Shown: positions 31,489 through 40,706, counted from the stretch's first letter. The stretch is 64,000 nt of DNA from a bacterium (GCA_030699935.1 JAUYKS010000022.1:18970-82969), one strand, 5' to 3'. The notes: generated by a model from the letters alone, not told the origin. A program made the numbers and translations.

Positions 31489-31820
31489 ATAGATACCTCC
31501 TTCTTATGGTTTAAAAAGTTGAGTGAGATTAGAGTGTGTAAATCCAACACGTGGAGCCTGGTTGTGAATGTGCGAACCTGACCGATCAACCGTCATCGAA
31601 GTGTGGGGGCAGGAGTGAAAGAAATCGGTCGGTGTTCGGATGAACATGATGAAATCTTCCACTCCCGCGAGCCACCATCGTTAGAAGGTTTGTGGATGTA
31701 ATGAGCGTGAGCGGACCAGCCGGTCCGGCGAATAAAAATTGCCGGACCGGCTGAATCTGCTCTGGAGCGACCCAAGGTACTGCGTATTGCGTTCCTAGCG
31801 GCGAACCGCTAAGTCTTGGG

Positions 31821-32918
31821 TCATCCGGGTGGGGGTGGTGCTCCCTGCTCGGGCGGTGGGGGCGGTGACGTGCTTGGCGGCAACGACGGCTGTGGCGTCG
31901 GCGGTGCCGTCGGTTGCGTTACCGTCCCTCCCGCACTGTCGTTCTGCGGAGGCGAGCTTCCCGGTGGGATTTTGCCTCCCGTCCCTGGTGGAGTGACGAC
32001 CGGCGGATTGGCCGGCACGTGCCGGGGCGGCGGTCCCTGGTAATCCGACTCCGATTTCGGAGGCAGATCCGCTCCATGGCCCGCACTATGCGGGTCATCG
32101 AACGACCAGATCGGCACCTGGGGCTTGCCCGGTACCTCCTTTTCCGTAGGAGGATGCCGGGTGATGCCGGGCGGCGGTACCGTCACCGGCGGAGCCGGGG
32201 GTCCCGACACGGGGACCGGAACCGCTCCCCCGTTGCCACACTGGCAGCGAGTGTTGCCCATTTCCCTAACTTCAGAGACAGGCTCCGTCCGTCCGTTCTC
32301 GAGCTTCCGCTCGACCGGCTTGCTCGTGTAAAGAAACACGATGTCGCCAGCCTCGACTGAACGGTCCGCTGTCGTGGCTACCACGCGTCCCTCCGTGAAA
32401 TACGAGTTCTTCGTATACTCGGACGGGACGAGCAGCTGCACTCGGACGAACCCTTCGCCGCGCCGGACTCGATCGTAATCGACCTCCGGCAGGTTTTCCT
32501 TGGCGTACTGGAGATAGGCCTTGGCCCGCTCCGATCCGCTTTGTATCCAGCGCTTGAGCTTCGCTACCGTGCATACTGGCTCTTCCGAGACAGATGCCGC
32601 ACCGCGATCCGTATTCATCGGCTTCTCGACCGTGAACGAGAACTGGCCCACTTGGTAGCCCTTCTCAATCAGGTAATTCGTTGCCGCCGTGCGCTCTGTC
32701 TGAGTGCCCGACGGTTCGTCTGATCCGGGGACGTCGCCGGGCTGGATAGCCTGGCTTTCCTCTCCGGTCACGCTGGCCTCGATAGCCTCACCTCCGCCGT
32801 TGACGGCGAAGATGGCGGCGATCAGCAGGACCACGACCAGCAGGGCGGACCCTGCGATCACGTACTTGCGCATGTCGCTGTGTGACTTTCCTCCTTTCGG
32901 AGGTTCACCTTTTGGCAT
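31821..32918 (-). CDS. Hypothetical membrane-anchored protein with Pro-rich C-terminus
   Basis: 365 aa, SD AAGGAG, single N-terminal TM, RCQCGN motif, Pro-rich tail. Confidence 0.75.
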   Translation of the reverse strand: MPKGEPPKGGKSHSDMRKYVIAGSALLVVVLLIAAIFAVNGGGEAIEASVTGEESQAIQPGDVPGSDEPSGTQTERTAATNYLIEKGYQVGQFSFTVEKPMNTDRGAASVSEEPVCTVAKLKRWIQSGSERAKAYLQYAKENLPEVDYDRVRRGEGFVRVQLLVPSEYTKNSYFTEGRVVATTADRSVEAGDIVFLYTSKPVERKLENGRTEPVSEVREMGNTRCQCGNGGAVPVPVSGPPAPPVTVPPPGITRHPPTEKEVPGKPQVPIWSFDDPHSAGHGADLPPKSESDYQGPPPRHVPANPPVVTPPGTGGKIPPGSSPPQNDSAGGTVTQPTAPPTPQPSLPPSTSPPPPPEQGAPPPPG

Positions 32919-33015
32919 TTACATCACTACTCCTTGGGTCGCTTCCCATACGGGACCATCCCGTGCGGGGGTCCTGCCCACGAACGAATCATGCGCACGA
33001 TCCCCACACCGGATA

Positions 33016-33062
33016 AACAAAAAACCAACTTAACGGCACCGAAGTGCGTTTTGGTTGGTTTG
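33016..33062 (-). terminator. Terminator-like hairpin inside the leader of the 31821-32918 gene
   Basis: AACCAAC...GCACTTCGGTGC...GTTGGTT followed by TTTTGTTT. Confidence 0.6.
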
Positions 33063-33158
33063 TATTCGTTTTTCGACCAAGGAGGTATAAACCTTCTTGC
33101 AATGATGGTTGATCAGTCAGGTTGTTAACGTACTGCCCCGATTCGCTCGAAGCCTGCT

Positions 33159-33187
33159 ACCATATACCGAAAAGATAGCTCTGTCAA
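33159..33187 (-). promoter_or_regulatory. Putative sigma70 promoter
   Basis: TTGACA-N17-TATGGT on the minus strand. Confidence 0.6.
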
Positions 33188-33281
33188 GCGCTTTTTTCAC
33201 TATCGGCGACCTGCCGCGCTACGGCGGCAGGGATTCATAGTAACAAGCTTTCGAGCATACACAATGACAGATGGAACGGAT

Positions 33282-33312
33282 AAAAAGACAAGCCCGAGAG
33301 GGGCTTGTCTTT
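33282..33312 (-). terminator. Intrinsic terminator after rplL
   Basis: AAAGACAAGCCC...GGGCTTGTC followed by TTTTT. Confidence 0.85.
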
Positions 33313-33334
33313 ACGTTAGCGCCTGCGCCTGAAT

Positions 33335-33889
33335 CTACTTCAGTTCGACGGTCGCGCCGGCGGCCTCGAGCTTCTTCTTGGCCTCTTCGGCCTCGTCCTT
33401 CGGAACGTCGGCCTTGACGTCCTTCGGGGCGCCTTCGACCAGGTCCTTGGCCTCGCCGAGGCCGAGGTCGGTCACCTCACGGACGGCCTTGATCACGTCG
33501 ATCTTCTTGTCGCCCATCGCGGCCAGGTGGACGGTGTATGAAGACTTCTCGTCTTCCCCGCCGTCACCGCCTTCGCCGCCCGCGGCCGGCGCGGCGCCGG
33601 CTACGGCCACCGGAGCGGCCGAGACGCCGAACTTGTCTTCGATCGCGGAGACCAGGTCGGCCACCTCGAGTACGGTCATCTTTTCGACCTGTTCGACGAT
33701 CTTGGTCACTTCCTTCGAGTACTCCTTGGAGGGCTTGTCGGCCTTTTCCTCGGGCTTGTCGCCCTCGGCCGGCTTCTCGTCCTTCTTCTCCTCGGCCGGA
33801 GCCTCGGGAGCTTCTTTCTTCTCTTCAGCAGCGTCGCCCTGCTGGTTGTTCTGGTCCTTCTGTTCGTCCTTGGCTTGTTCGTCTGCCAT
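33335..33889 (-). CDS. rplL: 50S ribosomal protein L7/L12 with acidic N-terminal extension
   Basis: [37 protein letters not shown]. Confidence 0.96.
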   Translation of the reverse strand: MADEQAKDEQKDQNNQQGDAAEEKKEAPEAPAEEKKDEKPAEGDKPEEKADKPSKEYSKEVTKIVEQVEKMTVLEVADLVSAIEDKFGVSAAPVAVAGAAPAAGGEGGDGGEDEKSSYTVHLAAMGDKKIDVIKAVREVTDLGLGEAKDLVEGAPKDVKADVPKDEAEEAKKKLEAAGATVELK

Positions 33890-33960
33890 GTGAACCTCCT
33901 TGGTTAATTCGTTGGTAATTCCTCACGGGTCCCGGCGAAGCGGGGCGCCTGAGCAAGTAC

Positions 33961-34476
33961 CTACGCCTTCTTCTCCTTTACCGCGGTCAAGGCGTACACC
34001 AGGTTGCGCGACACTCCCGACAGCCCGCTGGCCAGGTTACGCACCGGCGCGCTGATGCTGCCCATCAGCTTGGCGAGCAGTTCGTCGCGGCTCGGCAGGC
34101 TGGCCAGCTTGTCAATCACGCTGACCTCGACCGCTTCCCCGTCCACGAACCCGCCGGTCACCTCCAGCGCCTCGTGGTCTTTGGCGAAGGTGTGCACCGC
34201 CTTGGCGACGGCGACCGGATCCTCGAAGCCGAACGCCACCGCGACCGGACCGGTCGGCCGGTCCAGCTTCAGGCCCGCCTCGTTCGCGGCCTTGGTGAAC
34301 AGCGTGTTCTTCACGACCTCGAACCGCATGCCGGATTCCCGTAGGCTCCCCTGCAGTTCTTGCTGTTCGCGCACGCCCAGCCCCTGGTAGTCGGCGAAGA
34401 CGACCGCCTTCGCGTCCTGCAGTGCCTCGGTGAGCGCCTTGAGTACGACTTCCTTCTGTTCACGTGTCTTGGGCAT
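33961..34476 (-). CDS. rplJ: 50S ribosomal protein L10
   Basis: DYQGL, VVKNTL, LPSRDELLA. Confidence 0.96.
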   Translation of the reverse strand: MPKTREQKEVVLKALTEALQDAKAVVFADYQGLGVREQQELQGSLRESGMRFEVVKNTLFTKAANEAGLKLDRPTGPVAVAFGFEDPVAVAKAVHTFAKDHEALEVTGGFVDGEAVEVSVIDKLASLPSRDELLAKLMGSISAPVRNLASGLSGVSRNLVYALTAVKEKKA

Positions 34477-34489
34477 ATATCGTGGGTCT

Positions 34490-34592
34490 AAAAAATCCTT
34501 CGGTCGTCACCGAAGGCATACGTCAACACGAAGTGTTTCAGTATCTCCTGCGCAGCGCTTATTGGCGTTGGCCACGGTCTTCGGCGACAAGA
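34490..34592 (-). promoter_or_regulatory. L10-leader-like autoregulatory RNA
   Basis: CCGAAGACCGTGG...CTGCGCAGG followed by hairpin CCTTCGGT..ACCGAAGG and a U-tract, directly upstream of rplJ. Confidence 0.65.
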
Positions 34593-34620
34593 TTCAGTCT
34601 ACGGAGCGATCGGGGCGCCG

Positions 34621-35127
34621 TCAACGCTCAGCGATCCGTTCGTAATCGACGTATTTGATCTTGTGGCCACCATCCTCGGCCGCTTCCGAGCGGACTTCCC
34701 TGAACGCGTCCTCGAACTCCGGGAAGAACGTGTCTGCGTCATGCGTGCCGGAGACTTGGGTCATGAGGATCCGGTCGGCGGACGGCAATACCAGCCCGTA
34801 AATCTCCGCCCCGCCGATGACGTAGGCTTCCGTGTCACGCTTGGCGGCCTCGGCGAGCGCTTCCTCGAGCGTCCCGACCACCACGGCGCCCTCGGCCCGG
34901 TAACCGTCCTGCCGCGTGATCACGATGCTCGTCCGACCGGGCAGCGGTATCCCGATCGACTCCCAGGTCTTGCGACCCATTACGATCGGGTGCTCTATCG
35001 TCAAAGCTTTGAACCGCTTGAGATCGGCCGGGACATGCCAAGGAATATTCCCTTCCTTGCCGATGCCGCGACCTTCGTCCATGGCCACGATCAGGTTGAC
35101 GGTCAGGTTGTCGGGTTTGGCGATCAA
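34621..35127 (-). CDS. folA: Dihydrofolate reductase
   Basis: IG..G.IPW..P.DLKRFK, MGRKTWESI..PLPGR, IGGAEIY, DTFFP. Confidence 0.96.
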   Translation of the reverse strand: MIAKPDNLTVNLIVAMDEGRGIGKEGNIPWHVPADLKRFKALTIEHPIVMGRKTWESIGIPLPGRTSIVITRQDGYRAEGAVVVGTLEEALAEAAKRDTEAYVIGGAEIYGLVLPSADRILMTQVSGTHDADTFFPEFEDAFREVRSEAAEDGGHKIKYVDYERIAER

Positions 35128-36137
35128 GACTTCTTCGCGAACTGACGTCGGTCCTTTTCTTGGAAGCCGCCGGCGACGGTCAGCTCGCCTTTAATGATCG
35201 GATGCGGATCGTAGCCTTCCAGCGTGAAGTGTTCGGCCTTGACGTCGTCGAGTTCCTTGAGCTTCGGGTCGATTTCCAGACGCGGGAATGCCCGCGGTTT
35301 CCGCGACAGTTGCTCCTTCACCTGATCGACGTGATTCGAGTAGACGTGCGCATCACCGAAGGTATGGATGAAATCGCCCGGCTCGAGCCCGGCCAGGTGT
35401 GCCATCACTTGCGTGAGCATCGCGTAGCTGGCGATGTTGAACGGCACGCCGAGAAACATGTCGGCGCTGCGTTGGTAGAGCTGGCAGGACAACTTACCGT
35501 CCGCCACGTTGAAGTGGAAGAAGATGTGGCAGAGCGGGAAGCTGAGCGCCTCGCCCGGCAATGCCATCGAGTATAGATGTTCCGGATTCCAGACGGTGAT
35601 CACCGAGTGCTTGCGCTGCGGAAAGTTGCGGATGTTGTCGAGCGCCCAGGCGATCTGGTCGATCGAACCGCCCCCCTTGCCATCGGGTCGTTGGCGCGGC
35701 CAGCGCCGCCACTGCTGACCGTAGATGTGCGGCAGCTCGCCGTACTTCTCGGCAAACTTGGCGTCGTCCGCGATCTTCTGGATGAAATCTTCCTTGTTGA
35801 GTTCCGGGACCTTCCCCGCTTCGGACAACTTCACGTAATCCTTGTACGGATAGTCGTCCCAGATGTGGACTTTGTTGTCGACCAGGTACTTGATGTTCGA
35901 CTGGCCGGTCAGGAACCAGACCAGCTCGTGCAGGACGCCGTTCCAGTAGACCTTCTTGGTGGTCAGCAGCGGAAACCCCTCGCTGAGATCGAACCGGATC
36001 TGCCGCCCGAACACGCTGGTCAGGCCGGTGCCGGTGTTGTGGTCCTTCTTTTCCGAGCCGTTCTGCAGGATATCCTTCAGGAGATCCAGATACTGGTATT
36101 CGGGATGACGCAGGTTTTGGATACTTCCTTTGGCCAT
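35124..36137 (-). CDS. thyA: Thymidylate synthase
   Basis: FPLLTTKK, PLCH, QRSADMFLGVPFN, HVYSNH. Confidence 0.97.
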   Translation of the reverse strand: MAKGSIQNLRHPEYQYLDLLKDILQNGSEKKDHNTGTGLTSVFGRQIRFDLSEGFPLLTTKKVYWNGVLHELVWFLTGQSNIKYLVDNKVHIWDDYPYKDYVKLSEAGKVPELNKEDFIQKIADDAKFAEKYGELPHIYGQQWRRWPRQRPDGKGGGSIDQIAWALDNIRNFPQRKHSVITVWNPEHLYSMALPGEALSFPLCHIFFHFNVADGKLSCQLYQRSADMFLGVPFNIASYAMLTQVMAHLAGLEPGDFIHTFGDAHVYSNHVDQVKEQLSRKPRAFPRLEIDPKLKELDDVKAEHFTLEGYDPHPIIKGELTVAGGFQEKDRRQFAKKS

Positions 36138-36143
36138 GGCTGG

Positions 36144-36251
36144 TTACCCGAGTGAGCCGACCAATAGATACGCGCCGAAGCCAACCGCCAAAAAGACGAT
36201 GAGCTTGATGATCGTCTGATGCTGTTTCGGTAAGTCATTGAATGACTTCAT
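36144..36251 (-). CDS. 35-aa single-TM small protein (below ORF-track cutoff)
   Basis: MKSFNDLPKQHQTIIKLIVFLAVGFGAYLLVGSLG; SD-like AAGGAAAGG; fills the gap between the CYTH gene and thyA. Confidence 0.6.
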   Translation of the reverse strand: MKSFNDLPKQHQTIIKLIVFLAVGFGAYLLVGSLG

Positions 36252-36266
36252 GAGGTGCCTTTCCTT

Positions 36267-36956
36267 TTATTCGATCGTGAACGTCTTCTCAGTTCGATAA
36301 TACTCCGGCCAATGTTCGTTGTAATACTCGAACATCCGGCCGACGCGCTCCTGGGAGAGCTCCTCCATGCCGAGCTTTTCCAGCTCCGCGACGATCGCTT
36401 TCCGCGCCTGCGTCGCCTGGTCTGAATCGGGCACGAGCTTCTCGATCTCCGCGACGTACCCGTAGCCAGCGTTCCGGTCGATGCAGACGGTGTAACCCTT
36501 GTAGGCGTACTCCACGCGTTCGCGCGACCACTTGGAGAGGAAGCCGTACCCTGCGGAACGGATCGCTTCGTCCAGTGTGTCGATGTCGGGAGCGGTAGTC
36601 TCGTACTCGCCCTCCAGGCGCTCGAGGGCGTGCTGGTCATCACCGTCGCCCTTGGCCGCCTTGATCACGAGCAGGATCCGGCCGTCCGCGTCGCGGGTCC
36701 GGAGTGCGTACGATTGGGTTTGGTCAAGGATCTGCTTGAACGCGGCCAAGTCGCCGTCGCTCAGGAATCCGCTCACGGCATCCGTGACCTTGTCCGGGTC
36801 CGCGTCCGAGTCGAAATAGTGGTTGAGCTGGTTCGACCGCGCCGTCTCCTTGAATTTGGCGTCCGCCCGTCGCAGCTTGGCGACGAAACCCTCGGCCGCG
36901 TCCTTGCTGCCCAGCAGCGTCTTCACCTCGACCTCGAAGAGGTTCGCGGTCGGCAT
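36267..36956 (-). CDS. CYTH (triphosphate tunnel metalloenzyme) domain protein
   Basis: N-terminal EVEVK (ExExK), QLNHYF, LRTR, CID...GYVAEIE. Confidence 0.8.
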   Translation of the reverse strand: MPTANLFEVEVKTLLGSKDAAEGFVAKLRRADAKFKETARSNQLNHYFDSDADPDKVTDAVSGFLSDGDLAAFKQILDQTQSYALRTRDADGRILLVIKAAKGDGDDQHALERLEGEYETTAPDIDTLDEAIRSAGYGFLSKWSRERVEYAYKGYTVCIDRNAGYGYVAEIEKLVPDSDQATQARKAIVAELEKLGMEELSQERVGRMFEYYNEHWPEYYRTEKTFTIE

Positions 36957-37645
36957 CAGCGCAAGGTCGCTTTCTTGGGTTTGCGGGTCGCGAGTTTCTT
37001 CAGGCCTTTCTTGGCGGCCTTCGGTGCGACGGTCTCCATGTCCCGTCCAATCTGGCTTCCCTTTGGTTCTCGCTGCCGGACGTACTTCGCGCTGGCCTTA
37101 CGGCTGTACTCGACTTCCACGGCGCTCGAGACCTTCTCGAACACCATCTGGCAGAACCGCATCCCAGGATAGAGGAGAATCGGGATCACGCCGATGTTGG
37201 TGATCTCCAGCACGACGTTGCCTTGGAAGCCGGGGTCGAAGTGTCCGGCCGTGGAGTGGATCACGATGCCGAGGCGGCCCAGCGAGGAGCGTCCCTCGAG
37301 CCGGCCGGCGATGTCATCCGGCAGCTCGATGTATTCCTCCGTGACGCCAAGCACGAATTCGCCCGGATGGAGCACGAAACCGCGGGGCCCGTTCGGTGAG
37401 TGCGGCAGGAGCGGTTGCTGCTCCTCCTTCGAGTTGAGGTCCACGACGGTGGTGTGCGTATTCTGGGTCTTCGGGTCCTGAGGGTCGATGAACGGCGTCG
37501 ACGTCGGCTTGAAAACGCGGAACTGGGCACCGAGCTTCAGGTCCAGGCTGGTCGATCCGAGCTGGACGTCGAAATCCGGTTCGGGCTTCACCGTGATCCG
37601 ACCGTCTGCGAGCTGCTTCTTGATGTCTCGGTCGGAGAGGATCAT
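36956..37645 (-). CDS. dcd: dCTP deaminase
   Basis: ILSDRDI, SLDLKLG, GRSSLGRLG..IHSTAG..DPGF, LEI.N. Confidence 0.95.
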   Translation of the reverse strand: MILSDRDIKKQLADGRITVKPEPDFDVQLGSTSLDLKLGAQFRVFKPTSTPFIDPQDPKTQNTHTTVVDLNSKEEQQPLLPHSPNGPRGFVLHPGEFVLGVTEEYIELPDDIAGRLEGRSSLGRLGIVIHSTAGHFDPGFQGNVVLEITNIGVIPILLYPGMRFCQMVFEKVSSAVEVEYSRKASAKYVRQREPKGSQIGRDMETVAPKAAKKGLKKLATRKPKKATLR

Positions 37646-37658
37646 TGCGCCGCTTCCC

Positions 37659-38513
37659 CTACGCCGCCGCGGTTATCGTGTCGGGATTCACCCGCACCCC
37701 CGGCCCCATCGTCGAGGCCAGGGTGACGCTACGGATGTACGTGCCTTTGGCGTCGGACGGCTTGGCGTCCCGGACGGCTCCGAAATAGGTCGCGACGTTC
37801 TTGGCGAGGTCCTCGGCCTTGAACGAGGTCTTCCCGACGCCGGCGTGGATGGTCGCGTCCTTGGCGACCCGGAACTCGATGCTGCCGGCCTTCACTTTCT
37901 TGATCGCACCCTCGACGTCTTCGGCCACGGTGCCGCTCTTCGGGTTCGGCATCAGGCCCTTCGGCCCGAGTACCTTGCCGAGCTTGCCGACCTCGGCCAT
38001 CTGGTCCGGCGACGCCACGGCAACGTCGAACCCGGTCCAGCCGTCCTTGAGCTTCTTGAGGGTATCTTCGTCCGAGACGAAATCGGCGCCGGCCTTCTTC
38101 GCCGCGGCGGCCTTGGCGGACGCCACGAACGCCATCACCTTGAGCTTCTTGCCGGTGCCGGCCGGTAGCTGCACGGTGCCGCGGACACTCTGCTCCGCTT
38201 CCCGCGCGTCGATGCCGAGCCGGATGTGTATCTCGACCGTGCCGTCGAACTTGGTCGTGCTGGTCTTCTGGACGAGCGCGACCGCCTCGTCGAGACCGTA
38301 TTGCTTGCCGTCCTCGACCTGCTCGGCGGCGGCGCGGTACCGCTTGCCGCGGAACTGCTCACCGGGATGGCGGGCGGGGGCGGCCACGGCCTGGGTGGCC
38401 GCTGTCTTGGCCGGTGCGCTCTTGGCAACCGGATTCTTCGGCGCAGCCTTGGGAGCCGCGGCCTTCGTTGCAGCCGGCTTCGCCGCTGCGGATGTCTTCT
38501 TTGCTTCTGCCAT
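37659..38513 (-). CDS. rplA: 50S ribosomal protein L1 with Ala/Lys-rich N-terminal extension
   Basis: KFDGTVE, VRGTVQLP.GTG, LGPKGLMPNPKSGTV, STMGPG. Confidence 0.97.
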   Translation of the reverse strand: MAEAKKTSAAAKPAATKAAAPKAAPKNPVAKSAPAKTAATQAVAAPARHPGEQFRGKRYRAAAEQVEDGKQYGLDEAVALVQKTSTTKFDGTVEIHIRLGIDAREAEQSVRGTVQLPAGTGKKLKVMAFVASAKAAAAKKAGADFVSDEDTLKKLKDGWTGFDVAVASPDQMAEVGKLGKVLGPKGLMPNPKSGTVAEDVEGAIKKVKAGSIEFRVAKDATIHAGVGKTSFKAEDLAKNVATYFGAVRDAKPSDAKGTYIRSVTLASTMGPGVRVNPDTITAAA

Positions 38514-38519
38514 GATGAT

Positions 38520-38555
38520 TTGCGGTGCCAGCGCCCCTGCTGCGGAGCTCCCGCG
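38520..38555 (-). promoter_or_regulatory. Possible L1-binding autoregulatory element between rplK and rplA
   Basis: GCGGGAG...ACCGC stem with internal loop just upstream of rplA. Confidence 0.4.
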
Positions 38556-38610
38556 ATTACTTATTCAGTCTACCCGAATCCGGCGCCCGGGTTCTCCTCA
38601 GCTGGGGATG

Positions 38611-39036
38611 CTACTTCTCGACCGTCACGCCCATCGAACGGGCGGTACCGGCGATGATCTTCTTGGCCGCCTCGAGATCGTTCGCCGAGAGGTCTTCCAT
38701 CTTCTCCTTGGCGATTTCCTCGAGCTGCGACTCCTTGATCTTGGCGACCTTGTTCTTGAGCGCGTTATCGCTGCCCTTGCCGAGCCCGATCGCCTTCTTG
38801 ATCAGGATCGCGGCCGGCGGCGTCTTGGTGATGAACGTAAACGTCCGGTCCTCGAAGATGGTCATCTCGACCGGGACGATCGTGTCGCCCATCTGCTTAG
38901 TCTGTTCGTTGAACGCCTTGCAGAAATCCATGATCTGGATGCCGTGCGGCCCCAGGGCGGTACCGACCGGCGGGGCGGGATTCGCCTTCCCGGCCGGGAT
39001 CTGCAACTTAACGACGGTCATTACTTTCTTAGCCAT
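38611..39036 (-). CDS. rplK: 50S ribosomal protein L11
   Basis: [28 protein letters not shown]. Confidence 0.98.
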   Translation of the reverse strand: MAKKVMTVVKLQIPAGKANPAPPVGTALGPHGIQIMDFCKAFNEQTKQMGDTIVPVEMTIFEDRTFTFITKTPPAAILIKKAIGLGKGSDNALKNKVAKIKESQLEEIAKEKMEDLSANDLEAAKKIIAGTARSMGVTVEK

Positions 39037-39041
39037 ATCTC

Positions 39042-39308
39042 TTACTTACCTTTCAAAGTCACTTCAAGTTTAGCGATTTCCGAGTCACGCAATACTTTCA
39101 AAGGATTTTCTCCGTCATCAATCCGACGCGAAAGTTCTTCTAATGTCGATTCCGGCATCGAACCAATCAAGGTTTTCAAGGCTTCCCGATCTTCTTCGGG
39201 AAACTCGACGCCATACCGATTCGTCACCTCCTCATAGGCCTCAACGGCGCGTGCGGCCATCAGCTCTACGGCCATTTGTTGACCGGCAGTACGAGTCTCG
39301 GCACTCAT
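39042..39308 (-). CDS. Hypothetical protein (insert 3 between nusG and rplK)
   Basis: 88 aa, lower GC, TAATG coupling to the upstream ORF. Confidence 0.7.
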   Translation of the reverse strand: MSAETRTAGQQMAVELMAARAVEAYEEVTNRYGVEFPEEDREALKTLIGSMPESTLEELSRRIDDGENPLKVLRDSEIAKLEVTLKGK

Positions 39309-39607
39309 TAGAAATTCCTCGCTTCCGAGCTATAGTCTACGCCGGGTCCCATGCCTCGGAATTCGTCATCCACGGACGTTCGAGATGCTTCACGGATCCG
39401 ATGCGGCGGATCGACCGGTTCGCCTGCCGCGATGGCACGGGCTCGTTCCAAGCGTTCCCCTTGCGGGCCAGCCAGCGCTTCATCTAGATCCGCCTGATGC
39501 AGGACCGGAACTTCGGTGGCCTCCTGCCCGCGGCGCACCTCGGCCCGGGCCTCTTCCATTGTGACCCGCAGCAGCGTGTCATCCATATGCCGATCCATGT
39601 CGTTCAT
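39308..39607 (-). CDS. Hypothetical protein (insert 2)
   Basis: 99 aa; SD and ATG come from a copy of the nusG 3' end. Confidence 0.7.
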   Translation of the reverse strand: MNDMDRHMDDTLLRVTMEEARAEVRRGQEATEVPVLHQADLDEALAGPQGERLERARAIAAGEPVDPPHRIREASRTSVDDEFRGMGPGVDYSSEARNF

Positions 39608-39844
39608 ATCTTCCTCACTTGCTTAGCCATCAGTGCCTCCTCCTGACTGTTTCATACGTCCTTCTGCAGGATCGTAGCCGTACCGTTCTTGCCAAGACTT
39701 GCGCGACCTCTGAATCAACTGCTGGATTTTGGGATCGGCTGACGCGCGCTCATAGTCACCTCTATCGATAACGCCAACAAATCTAGGCTCAGACGCCTCA
39801 TGACCAATTCGCTTGTCAATCTCGCTCATATCTTCCTCACTTGC
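39604..39844. repeat. 19-bp perfect direct repeat TCATATCTTCCTCACTTGC (39604-39622 and 39826-39844)
   Basis: Read directly; the second copy is the last codons of nusG. Confidence 0.95.
39623..39829 (-). CDS. Hypothetical protein (insert 1)
   Basis: 68 aa, ATGA overlap with the nusG stop. Confidence 0.7.
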   Translation of the reverse strand: MSEIDKRIGHEASEPRFVGVIDRGDYERASADPKIQQLIQRSRKSWQERYGYDPAEGRMKQSGGGTDG

Positions 39845-40368
39845 AGGAAGTCGAGCTCGACCGGAGTCTCGCGGCCGAACATGTTCACGAGTACCTTGAT
39901 CTTGCCCTTCGACTTGTCGACCTCGTCCACCTGTCCGTCGAAGTCCTTGAACGGCCCGTCGACGATGTTCACCGCCTCGCCCTTCTCCAAGTCGACCTCG
40001 TAGGTCGGCTCCTCGACGCCCATCCGTTGCTTGATCGTCTTGACCTCATCGTCACTCATCGGAGTCGGCGTGGTGCCGGTGCCGATGAAGCCGGTCACGT
40101 TCGGCGTGTTCCGGACCACGAACCAGGAATCCTCGGTGACGATCATGTCGACCAGGACGTAGCCCGGGAAGATCTTCTTGTCGACCGTCTTGCGTTTGCC
40201 GTGCTTGATCTCGATCTGCTTCTCGGTCGGCACGATCACGTCGAAGATCTTGTCGGCCATGTCCATCGACTCGATCCGCTGGCGGAGGTTTTCCGCCACC
40301 CGGTCTTCGTAACCGGAGTAAGTGTGGATCGCGTACCAGGATCGGTCTGTGGCTGGTTGTCTGGGCAT
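39826..40368 (-). CDS. nusG: Transcription termination/antitermination factor NusG
   Basis: WYAIHTYSGYE, FPGYVLV, KOW GPFKDFDG, MFGRETPVEL; start ATG 40368. Confidence 0.97.
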   Translation of the reverse strand: MPRQPATDRSWYAIHTYSGYEDRVAENLRQRIESMDMADKIFDVIVPTEKQIEIKHGKRKTVDKKIFPGYVLVDMIVTEDSWFVVRNTPNVTGFIGTGTTPTPMSDDEVKTIKQRMGVEEPTYEVDLEKGEAVNIVDGPFKDFDGQVDEVDKSKGKIKVLVNMFGRETPVELDFLQVRKI

Positions 40369-40369
40369 G

Positions 40370-40639
40370 TTATTTCGTAGGTTGGGGTACTTGTACGGGT
40401 TGCTCGCCGGGCGGGATCTGGGCCGGCGGGACGTTCTGGGCGCCGCCGCCATCGGTCGCGTCCAGCACGGACTCGAGGCCTTGGTTGAGGCCGTAGTCCA
40501 CCACTCCCATGAACGCTCCGAACAGGATCGTCACGATCACGACGACCGTGGTGAGCCGGACCGTCCGGCGCCGCGTGGGCCAGACGACTTTGCTAAGCTC
40601 TACCCGCGCTTCTTTAAGAAACGAAAAAATCTTTCGCAC
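40370..40639 (-). CDS. secE: Preprotein translocase subunit SecE
   Basis: FLKEARVELSKVVWPT plus TM; directly upstream of nusG. Confidence 0.95.
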   Translation of the reverse strand: MRKIFSFLKEARVELSKVVWPTRRRTVRLTTVVVIVTILFGAFMGVVDYGLNQGLESVLDATDGGGAQNVPPAQIPPGEQPVQVPQPTK

Positions 40640-40706
40640 GGGCTAATCATACCCCATTGTTCCGCGGCTTCGCCAGGGTTTCGGCCGGGGCTGGTACGAT
40701 GTCGGC

